This document shows, one piece after another, positions 12,953 through 23,650 of a stretch of DNA of 64,000 bases. The stretch spans positions 17,238,001 to 17,302,000 of the forward strand of contig CM052818.1 of NCBI GenBank assembly GCA_028534125.1. The letters are read 5' to 3'. The notes beneath the pieces were generated by a model. The model searched no databases and was not told the DNA's origin. It saw only the letters and a list, made by a program, of their open reading frames with translations. This DNA is from Lama glama. Taxonomy: Eukaryota. The number at the start of each line of letters is the position of its first letter. Positions within the stretch are counted from its first letter, which is position 1. A program made the translations under genes and the position numbers.

Positions 12953-13293
12953 CAGAGGACAACACACTTTGCATGTGAAGGACTAGATAGTAAGTATTTT
13001 CAGGTTTGCAGGTCATATAGTCTCTGTTGCAACTGTTTTACTTTGTCATTGTAGCGTGAAAGCAGTCATACGTAATATGTAAAGGAGTGCGTGTGGCCAT
13101 GTTTCAATGATACTTTATTATGGACAATGAAATTTGAATATTTCGTAATATTTTCAGATGCCATGAACTATTCATCTTATTTTGCTTTTTAATGTAAAAT
13201 ATTTTAAAACGTAATAAACATTCTCCACTCATGCCATGTAAAAACGGTCGTCAGACTAGACTCGACCTGCGGGTTGTAGATTGACGATCCCTG
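12953..13293 (+). mobile_element. MER58B hAT-Charlie DNA transposon with 8-bp target-site duplication
   Basis: Starts CAG and ends CCCTG. Internal AGATAGTAAGTATTTTCAGGTTTGCAGG...TTGTAGCGTGAAAGCAGTCATA. Flanked by ATCTTAGG (12945-12952) and ATCTTAAG (13294-13301). Confidence 0.9.
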
Positions 13294-14152
13294 ATCTTAA
13301 GTAATGCTCACTTGCAGGGAATGGAATGATGGAGAATATCAAATAAGAATGATCAGCTGAAAAGGTACAAGAAGAAGCAAGGGAATACACAGAAGATAGT
13401 TGGACTGAGTGATGGTCAAGTCACTGGTCAGAGAAGTGATTGAGGTGGAACCTAGAATGTCAAGGGAAACGAGGAAGCAAAGCATGAACGTATAACAGCG
13501 TTAAGGGTGTTGAGTGGAGGAGACCAGGAAGAATTGCATGTTTCTTAAGTGTAATAATCAGTAAGTGGACACATACTGAAGATACAAAAAGATAAAGGGC
13601 ATAATTAAAGAAAAAGAGGCCAGAGGAGGTAGAGGGGATATTATTTACGTCACAGCTGCAGGGTATGAGCCTTGGAAGAGTGCAGGCATCTTTGTTGACG
13701 GGAAGAGTAGAGGATGGAAAGACAGAGAGAGACTGATGTGTGGTGGGTAATGTGTATACTGACAGAGCTAATATCATAAGTGTTGGGTTCCTTCGTGAAC
13801 GAGGTAGAGAATATTTTCTGAGCATGAAGGAGAATGTGTAGGAGGAAGAGCCTTGAATATGGAGACAATTTAGAATGGTGGCTGCGGTCAGTACAAGAGT
13901 TTTAAATGAGGAGAATCAAAGAGTGTCTGAAAGACAATGAGGGTCCTGTTGGGAATTAGACACCCTGACTTGTAGTTGTTGATGTAGTCTCAAAGATTTT
14001 GAGATGTTCTTAGCAATGATAAGAAGACAAACCCAGAAACAGGGGAAAATAAGACTGGGAAATCACACACCTGATGTGGAGAAACAGACAGGCTCCTTCT
14101 CCTCCAGCATTTTTCCTTTCACAGTCACCTAGAAATGGTTTGGGGATAGTAT

Positions 14153-14368
14153 AGAGCTGTGCTGTTCAATACTGTGACTGCTAGCCACAGGTAGCTATTT
14201 ATTTAAATTTATTAAAAATAAATAAAATGCTAAAAGCCAGTTAGCTGCACGAGCTCCATTTCAGGTGCTTGCTAGTCATACATGGCTAATGACTGTTGTG
14301 TTAGACCGCTCAGATGAAGAACAGTTCCATCATTTTCAGCAGAAAATTCCATTGGACAGTCCTGATGT
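14153..14368. mobile_element. MER3-like hAT-Charlie DNA transposon
   Basis: AGAGCTGTGCTGTTCAATAC...CTAGCCACAGGTAGCTATTTA...CATTTCAGGTGCTT...CATGGCTA...CAGAAAATTCCATTGGACAG. Confidence 0.8.
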
Positions 14369-15240
14369 AGTACTTTCTGTCTGTCTTTCACCTGTCCAGA
14401 AATCACTTGAGATTAAAGCAAAACTACAAACAGGTGTTCAAAATTTACACATAGGTCCCCGGACCAGGAACCTGAGAACACTGGAGGTAAAAAAAAAAAA
14501 AAAAAAAGGTTCAAAGACAAACCCATGGTTGACCCTAGGTTAAGTTCTCCATCTTGACTAATAGGCAAACTGACAAAAAGAGAGTTCAGTTGAGTGACAG
14601 TTAAGGATTTCAAATCCAAGGCATTGAACAGAACAATGGGAGCCACTGTGTTCACTCTGTTTCTTTTTCTCTCCCACTCTCACATTTTCACTTAATGGCT
14701 GAGTCACGTGGGTTAGATGTCTGTGACAGAATGTATTCTGTCGTGTGTGAACATTAAGGGCACATGCTGAAAGGCAGAACATTAATATGTAAATCGATGC
14801 AACTTTTCATAGCAGGCATATAATGGAAGTGCTTAAGAGACAGCAAATGCAGAAGGTATTTTGATCAGTTTTCAATTTTACAGACCTTTCACCTGCTCAC
14901 TCTGCCCCTCTTGTCTAGTTCCATTATGACCACAACCGAAGGTACATGGATGGGGCAAGTATGAGCTCCTGATCTCAGAAACTGGGATGCTCCCCTTGAG
15001 AGAGCTGACGGTCAGTTGCCTTCATCAGGTAGTGCTCCCACAAAAGTTTGGATATTTCACTAACTGCTCTTCAGTAGGCATTTAAAGAAAAAATCATTAC
15101 TGTTTTTACAAAGGTTGTGTGAGTTGTTCTTGATCTATTTCTCATAGATCTATTTTTATTTTCTTCAGAAATACATTTTCAAGAGTATTATTTGTTTTTC
15201 CTGATTAAAGATGATTTCTGTAGTTTGGAGAAACTGTGCT

Positions 15241-17652
15241 CAGGCAGACCTCATTGCATTGCACTTCACAGATACTGCATGCTTTACAAATTGAAGGTTT
15301 GCGGCAACCCTGCGCCGAGCAAGACTTTTGGCACCATTTTCCCAATGTCATTTGCTCACTTTGTGTCTCTGTGTTGCATTTTGTTAATTCTTTCAATATT
15401 TCCAACTTTTTCATTATTATCATATTGGTATGGTGATCTGTGTTCAGTGATCTTTGATGTTACTGTTGTAATTGTTTGGGGGAACCACAGACCACACCAG
15501 TATAAAGGGCAGACTCAGTCCATGAATGTTGTGTTCTGACTGCTCCACCGACCAGGCTTTCTCCCTTCTCTCTCCTTTTCCTTGGGCCTCCCTGTTCCCT
15601 GGGACACATCAGTATTTATTGAAATTAGGCCAATAAATAACCAAACAATGGCCTCTAAATGTTTCAGTGAAAGGAAGAGCTGCACATCTCTCACTTCAAA
15701 TCAAAAGTTAGAAATGATTAAGCTTAATGAGGAAAATGTCTCAAAAGCTGAGATGGACGAGAAGCTGAGATGGACCTTTTGCACCAAGCAGCCACGTTGT
15801 GAATGAAAAGAAAAATTCTTGAAGGAAATTAAAAATGCCACTGCAGTGAGCACACAAATGATAAGAACGCAAAACAGGCCTTATTGCTGATATGGAGAAA
15901 GTTTTCATGGTCTGGATGGAAGATCAACCCAGCCACAACATTCCCTTAAGCCAAAGTCTCATCCAGAGCAAGGTGCTAACTCTCCTCAATTCTATGAGGG
16001 CTGAGAGAGATGAGGAAGCTGCAGCAGAAGAGTTTGAAGCCAACAAGGATTGGTTCATAAGCTCTAAGGAAAGAAGTTGTCTCCAAAACAAAAAGTGCAA
16101 GGTGAGGCAGCAGGTGCTGATGTAGAAGCTTCAGCAAGTCATCTGGAAGATTTAGCTAAGATCATTAACAAAGGTGGCTACATTAAACAGCAGATATCCA
16201 GTGTGGACAAAACGGCCTCATGTTGGAAGGAGATGCCATCTAGGACTTTCACAGCTAGAGAGGAGAAGTCAATGCCTGGCTTCAAAGCTTCAAAGGACAG
16301 GCTGACTCTCTTGTTAGGGGCTAATGAGCTGGTGATTTTCAGTTGATGCCAGTGCTCATTTACCATTTGAAAAATCCTTGAGCCCTGAAGAATTCTGCTA
16401 AATCTGCTGTGCCTGTGCTCTGTCAGTGGAACAGCAAAGCCTAGATGACAGCGTACCTGTCGACAACATGATTTACTGAATATTTTAAGCCCCCCGTTGC
16501 GATTTACTGCACATAAAGAAGGACTCCCTTCAAAATATTCCTGGTTACAGACAAGGCACCTGGTCTCCCAAGGGTTCTGATGGAGGTGTACAATGGTATT
16601 AATCTTGTTTCCATGCCTGCCCACACAGCATCCATTCACAGACTATAGATTAAGGACAATTTTGACTTTCAAGTCTTATTACTTAAGAAATACATTTTGT
16701 ACTCCCAGTCTATTCCTGTAAGGCTATAGCTGCCCCAGTAGTGATTCCTCTGATGGATCTGGGCAAAGTCAATTGAAAACCTCCTGTAAAGAATTCACCA
16801 TTCTAGATACCATTAAGAATGTTCGTGGTCTGTGGGAAGAAGTCAAAATATCAACATTGATAGGAATTTGGAAGAAGTTGATTCCAGTCCTCATAGATGA
16901 CTTTGTGGATTCAAAACTTCAGTAGAGGAAGTAACTATAGATGTGGTAGAAGCAGCAAGAGAACTAGAATTAGAAGTGGAGCCTGAAGATGTGACTGAAT
17001 TGCTGCAATCTCATGATAAAACTCTAACAGATGAGGAGTTTCTTCTTATGGAGAAGCAGAGGAAGTGATTTCTTGAGATGGAATCTGTGCTGGTGACGAT
17101 GCTGTGGAGATTGTTGAAATGACAACAAAGGATTTAGAATATGACATAGACTTAGTTGACAGAGCAGTGGCAGGGTTTGAGAGGACTCACTCCAGTTTTG
17201 AAAGAAGTTCCACTGCAGGTAAAACGCTGTCAGACAGCATCACATGCTGTGGAGAAATCATTCATGAAAGAGTCAGTCAATGCAGCAGACTTCACTGTGG
17301 TCTTATTTTAAGAAATTCTTACAGCCACCCCAGCCTTTAGCAACCATCACCCTGATCAGTCAGCAGCCATGCACATCGAGGCAAGAGGCTCCACCAGCAA
17401 AAAGATGAGGACTCACTGAAGACTCAGATGATGGTTAGCATTTTTTTAGCAATTAAGTATTTTAAAATTAAGGTATGCACATTGTTTTTTTAGATACAAT
17501 GCTTTTGCTCACTTGATAGACTACAATATAGTAATTTCGTATGCACTGGGAAACAAAAATAATTTGTATGACTTTCTTTATTGCGATATTTCCTTTATTG
17601 TGGTAACTTAGAACCAAACCCCAATATCTCCAAGGTGTCCAAGGTGTTCCTG
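15241..17652 (+). mobile_element. Tigger1 (Tc1/mariner-pogo) DNA transposon, essentially full length (2412 bp), decayed
   Basis: Left end CAGGCAGACCTC, right end ...CCAATATCTCCAAGGTGTCCAAGGTGTTCCTG followed by TA. Colinear with the Tigger1 consensus as I recall it, and contains transposase fragments. Confidence 0.95.
15648..17070 (+). pseudogene. Disrupted Tigger1 transposase (psq/CENP-B HTH plus DDE domain)
   Basis: ATG at 15648 begins MASKCFSERKSCTSLTSNQKLEMIKL. Frameshifted pieces follow: [27 protein letters not shown] and [19 protein letters not shown]...[17 protein letters not shown]. Many stops and frameshifts; 3' end approximate. Confidence 0.9.
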
Positions 17653-20460
17653 TATTCTCTGACAAGCTCTCAGGGGACTAATTGTCAAAGAGTTGTGAAA
17701 ATGGTCCTGTTACTACTTTTAATTCTAGATGTAACATTAAATAGGTAATATTAAAATTATTTCTGAAAAAGGTGCATGGCACAAATATTGTTCTTCCATG
17801 GAGAACTACATAAAATAAGTAAAGACAGAAGTCTTAGAATGTAGACGTAGATTTTATTTCATACATGCACATTTATTTACTTATACATAGTTGCATATTG
17901 TTCAGATAAGCAGTATACTCTGTCCACAAACATAAATAAGGTACTTAAAAGCTCTGTGATGTTGGACAAGTTAATTTCCCTGAACCTTTTTTGTTTTCTT
18001 TTCTGTCAAGTGGATTTAAACAGTATCCTTCTCACTGGATTTTTTCTTCACATGAAATGAGACCATGAATATCCTCCACCTCTCAGCATAGAGATAAATG
18101 TGCTGAAGCAAGAGTTACTGTGATTTTCTTGCTGTTTTTTGAAGTCCCAGAGCTAACTAATGCTACTCAGAGTTTCAGATCCACATGAGACTGTCAGCAA
18201 AGCTAGTCTTCTTTCCCACTTCCTGGTTAGAAACACTGCCCTTCTAATTATGTGCCAAGGCACCACGCCCCTCAGGGATCAGGGCAGCTTATGTGCGGCA
18301 ATCAACCAGGAGCATCACCTAGAAAAACAAAGTTAAATGAAGATTCAACCACATAGGAAAGCTGTTCACGACATAGCACCACTTAAATGCGTTTACAAAA
18401 ATTCTTAAATTAAACCTCAATTTTAACAGTTCTTCTCAGTGAAGATGTGTCCCCTGTTTTGTTCTTAGTTATAATTTGCCTCTGCCTTCATCGTTCATCT
18501 TATTAGAGCTTCTGTTGAACAGCAGTGATCTAAAGAATTTGAGACTGGGTTCCTACAGGGAAAGGAAGCAGCAGAACTCTGCCTGTAAGGAAGAGGAGAG
18601 TGAAACAGCGGGTCAGGCCTTCGAGGACCCATTCCAGAGTCTTCTGTCCCCTACAAAGAGGCTGCTCGTCCTTCTTTCCATTTTTCAAACTTGATATTTT
18701 AGATTTCAGATTCTAAATCTGAGACCTCTCTCTCTGAAGACAGGTATTTTTCTTAAGGCAAAACACATGGAGAAAGTGGGAATGAATAGGACATGAAGTT
18801 CTCCATATGTATTTGAAGATGCTGTTCCCAGCCCTTGGGACTATGTCAGCAGAACCCAAGGAAATGCCGTCACTGACTGGAGTGAGGGCAGGAGGCAGCT
18901 GGACTTTGGCCAGATTGATCTGGATGGGATATGTGTCATTCTGAATTTGCTATAGAACTACATGACCTCCCGTTTGGTTTTTATTGCATCAGCACAACTT
19001 GCTAAGGAAGAAGGCAGATAGCTAGTAAACCACCAATATCACACCCTCTGGTTGACATCTCCCTACAAGGTAACCTGCAGTTGCAGACGTCTGCAAGGAA
19101 AACTCACCAAATGGGTCGCACATACTCTGACCCTATGATCAGAATAAAAAAGAGAAAAGTCTGGGCCTCTCTGCCATTTCCAGATATGACAAGAAAGGTG
19201 AGAGGTATTAATCAGCTGTCAAATGTTTTTGTTTTTGTTTTTCTTCCAGAATATCTATTGTTTGGTTTTCCTCCCCAAATTAGACAACTACATAATTACA
19301 TATAGATAATTTGTCCTTAAGAAAACACTCACTAACCTCATTTTAGTTATTAATGCACAGCCTTGTATGTTTATACGCTGGTGGCTTCCAAGTTGGACAT
19401 TGCCCTCTAATTTCCTGTGCTACATTATTAAAGTCACTTGATTGTTATCATAAAAATGGATTTGGATGATGTCAGTAATTTAGTCTATTTTACAAGACAG
19501 CCTGTAATTTGGATCCGCCCTCTTAGTTTGTGAGACTTCTGTGAAAGATAATATCCATTCTCCAGTAAAGGACAGGGGGACCAAGACGTGGCAAATCCTG
19601 CAGTCAGCATATTGTCTTCATGTGTTAAGACCAAAACATCCCAATGTCTCTTTCCCCCTTCCGTGTGCATTAAATGCTGTCACTGTACAGAACCATTTTA
19701 AACTTTCAAAACTTGAAAAAAGGGCTATGAATTTAAAGAAAGACCGAGTGAGACAAAGAGAAGGTATATTTTGTCAATTATGAGGGTGGTACGTGAAATA
19801 GACTCTGTTTGAAATGTATCATCCCATAAAAACATCTGGGGGTTTGGGTGAAGGTATTCTCTTCTTTGGCATGGGTCAGGGACTGAATTTGCAGTGGAAG
19901 TTTTCAGGGCTGAATGCAACAAAAATAACTGCTTCCCTCAGGGAAAAAGAGAGAGAAGATTTTACAAGACTGACCTCTAAAGATTTGGTATATTAGATGT
20001 GGAAATTGTCCTGGTGAAACTCAGTTATGCTTCTGAAATATCTCTCCATTCTCAAATAAATATCATTGTGTACTGGGAGGTGTGAACATGGAAAAACAAG
20101 ACACAACACACGGTGTTGCTGTGGAGTTGTGCAAAAGTACATGTAATTTTAAAAATTTATTTCTGAAATAAATCAAAAGTTAGATTAACTGTAAGGAAGA
20201 TTTTGGTTACATTAAGCAAATTAAAGGGAACATTTTGCCTTCCTCTCTCTGTGGACAGTAGGACAAGCATTTTTGTAATTGTTGAAAGCCTTCTACACCA
20301 CACGGCTTTATGGGTGGCACTAGGTCACTCACCTAGACAGTCTCCTTTTTTAACTGTTGCAACAATTTTATTTTAAAATGTCAAGTTGTCACATTGCAGA
20401 AATTACATTCTTTGCTAATGTTTACGTTCCTATGGAGAAATTGGATGCCACTTTTTAAAA

Positions 20461-20716
20461 TTTTTATTTTTAATTGAAGTATAGTTGATTTACAATGTGA
20501 TTCAGTTATCCATATATATAATATGTATACATATATTTTCAGATTCTTTTCCATTGTAGCTTATTACAGGAAATTGAGTATAGTTCCCTGTACTATACAG
20601 TAGGTCCTTGTTATTTATCTATTTTATATATAGTAGTGTGTATCAGTTAATCCTGAACTCCTGATTCATCCCTCCCTCCCCTTTCCTCTTTGGTAATCAT
20701 AGTTTGTTTCCTGTGT
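20461..20716 (-). mobile_element. L1 3' end fragment (artiodactyl type)
   Basis: TTAATTGAAGTATAGTTGATTTACAATG...CAGATTCTTTTCCATTGTAGCTTATTACAGG...TAGTTCCCTGTACTATACAGTAGGTCCTTGTT. Confidence 0.9.
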
Positions 20717-22429
20717 CCATGATAGGCAGTCTCTTGTAGTTGTAATAACTGTAAAAACACTATTGATGGCATTTTCAGCTCTTTCAGCTTTAGCACTTGG
20801 AGTTCTATCCCAGAAGGTTAGCCTCATAAGCTTCTCTACTGAGGAAAGTAGAACTTGGAATTTCCACAAAATAGTTTAGAAAATTTAAAAAAAAAAAGAC
20901 AGAATGGGTTTACCAGGAAGTGCATGACTCATATCCTTCCAATAATACCATTTTATTTCAGGCACCACAAAAGCTGTAAGTACAAATAGTTACCTCCTGA
21001 AAAGATTTTAAAATGTCTCTGCCCCCAGGATCATTGATAGGTGCAGAGAGTGGGATGTGATAAGGACGTCCACAACTTGGTGTGCCCAGTGGGCCCCTTT
21101 TATTGTAGCCTACATTCTCTGTTTTTGAAGAATAGGACGAAAGTGATGTTCAAGGGACTCTAGGAAAGAATGAAGCTTCTTAGAAAGGTGAGCGGGTTTG
21201 TCAGCAGTGCCCCTGTCAGGGGTGACCTGTGACAAGCACATCTTTTCATCTCTTAGGCGTCACACTTCTTTGGAAATCCTTAGATCAAACTCACAAGAAG
21301 AAAGGGGTGTTTGAATGTGTCACAGGGAGCCAACCAAAGCATTCTAACAAAGAAAAACAAAGCCTGGGACACAAAGTATTCAGGATGCAGTGTTACACAC
21401 TTAATTTACCAAGATCAAGCTGTGTACAACCATGGCCTCATTCTGGCCTTTAGTACCGAATGTGTTTTCTCCCTCTCCCATCCCTTCCTCCACCTACCTC
21501 CAAAGACTTCCCAAGAAACTAGGATGGTCATTAAGACAAAAAATAACTTGCAGATTATAAAGCCTGCAGCCAGACAGGAGCTGCAAGATGGGGAGTTTGC
21601 CGGGTGGAATGGATGTGAATAATTTAAAGAAGCCATGAGGTGGAACTTCTCAAATATCCAGACATGTAGGTTAAATGAAGGCTTATACTCCCAGACAAGA
21701 CATTGATCAGAATGTAACAGAAAGGAGTTTGTTCCCAGTATAACGTCTTAGTTTCCCGACTGGCATACACTAGAAGCAGTCGTGTTTTAGGGTTGCATCT
21801 TAAGATCCTGACAGAATATTTTAAAGCTAATTATTTCAATTACAAAAGAACTCAGGAAGCAGTGGCATGCTCATTGAAGTTTGGCGCTTTTTATTTTTCT
21901 AGCAAAATGCATGATATGGCCTGAAGTGGTGGTATAAATTACAGCCTGCTTCTCAGCAAGGCTTTTCTTATTACTGAGAACTGGTATCTTGTTTCTAAAT
22001 AGTTAGGAAGCTTTAAGTCAAAGTGAGAAGATTCCTCACTTGTTACTAAAAAAAATGAAGAGCATTAGTGAATTAGTAAAAGGGATGCTTTTTTTTTTAA
22101 ATAAGAGTACATTATGCAGTAGGAAATAACTGGTCTTTACTGGTATTACTCTCTCAGCAACCAGTTTATACAAGGGCAGAAGATGAGAATCAGAGCAAAG
22201 AAGCAGCCTCTGATACAAGCCAATGAGGCAGATTTTTTAGTACAAATATGAATCCAGGTCTTAAACTCATCAGAGTATGGTATTCCTGAGTTCTCCGCAA
22301 AGCTCAGCCTAGAATTGGGCATTGTATAAAGTGCTAATAGAAGTCATCCAATATGAAGAAAGCATTCTTTAGTGTCACCGATGATGACAGCCAGCCTAGC
22401 CAGGGCTTTGTCATGGATAGCTGGGGGGC

Positions 22430-22885
22430 TATTGTTGGACAAACCCTTCCCCTCACTCATCATTTACTCTCTTTCTAAACTCCTGCACTCCGCCAGCCTA
22501 ACTCCTCCACTGGAAAGGTGCAAAAGGGATCTCACCTCAGGGCCTTTGTACTTGCTGTTTCCTGTGCCACTTGCCACCGTGATCACCCAGCTGCCCAGAT
22601 GGCTGGCTTGCTTTCATTATTAGATCTCTGCTTAGATGTCACCTCTTCAGGGAGCTGTTTTCTGATTCCTCACTATCTTTTTCAAATCACCCTTTCTTTT
22701 CCTTGATAACATTGAGTATTGTCACTATTTGATGAATTCCTGTGTGTCTCTCAATCACCACTGGCTACTTTCCACCCGGAATGTAAGCTCTCCAAGGGCA
22801 GGGACTCTGTCTTATTCATTGCTGTAGTTTCAGCTCCTAGTGGATATAGTAGGTGCTCAGTAAAGATTTTTGATTAATTAATGAT
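22430..22885 (+). mobile_element. L2 3' end
   Basis: CACCTCAGGGCCTTTGTACTTGCTGTTTCCTGTGCC...AGATGTCACCTCTTCAGGGAG...AATGTAAGCTCTCCAAGGGCAGGGAC...TAGTAGGTGCTCAGTAAA. Confidence 0.9.
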
Positions 22886-23149
22886 GAGAAAATTTCCCGT
22901 ATTTCCTTTCTGGCTTCCTTTCCAGATCAATGGAGCAGGTACCAAGTTCTCTCTCTCCTCATTTCTAGTTGTTTATCTTGTCGAGGTGACCTATTTGGCA
23001 GTGACTACAGGAAGAGGAAGCTAGTTCATTAAGGGCACAGAGCCAGTAGCGCTGGTGGGTGATCTGGCAAAATAACACCTGCACTTTGCTGATGAAAAGG
23101 CAGTGAGGTGGGGTGCATACAACCAAAAGACATGAGAATTCGTAGGAGG

Positions 23150-23650
23150 AGATTTGATCAATCCCAATTATTTGAGAACTCCCAATATGTTCATGAAAAT
23201 GTTTTTCCTGCTGGGGAATACAGCCATATCTCTGCTTTTAAGGGTTTACTGCTGGATACAGGAGTAAGATAAGTCATGAGAGAGAACCAGCTACCCAGCA
23301 ATAAAAGTGAAGACGAAATTCCAGGAAGGAGAGAGAGCCTGAGCAAATACAGAAAGGGAGGAGAGGAATATGTCTCATCGAGGAGTGAATGCGTAATTCT
23401 AACTTGTCAAGGATTCAAAGCAGAAAACTGTGGGGTAACAGACTGGAAATATTAGTTTATGCCAGATTATGGTGAGATTTGAATGTGAGGCTTTGGATTT
23501 TATAGTCTGACTAGTGACACAGATGTTTTCAGGAGGAATATGCTAGGTTTAGAGTGACATATAAAGAAGACCAGTGTCACAGCCGTGTGCTGGCTAAAGC
23601 AAACTTCCATGCAGAACTGAGAGTGGTCAGGAAGTCTGGGGAAATTTTTG
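23150..23650 (-). mobile_element. Old L2 fragment
   Basis: Purine-rich decayed patches, e.g. GCCAGATTATGGTGAGATTTGAATGTGAGGCTTTGGATTTTAT. Confidence 0.5.

Noticed and set aside
15582..17340. TIGD-like domesticated transposase gene
   Set aside because: Multiple frameshifts and stops within a complete element with terminal repeats; it is a neutral Tigger1 fossil.
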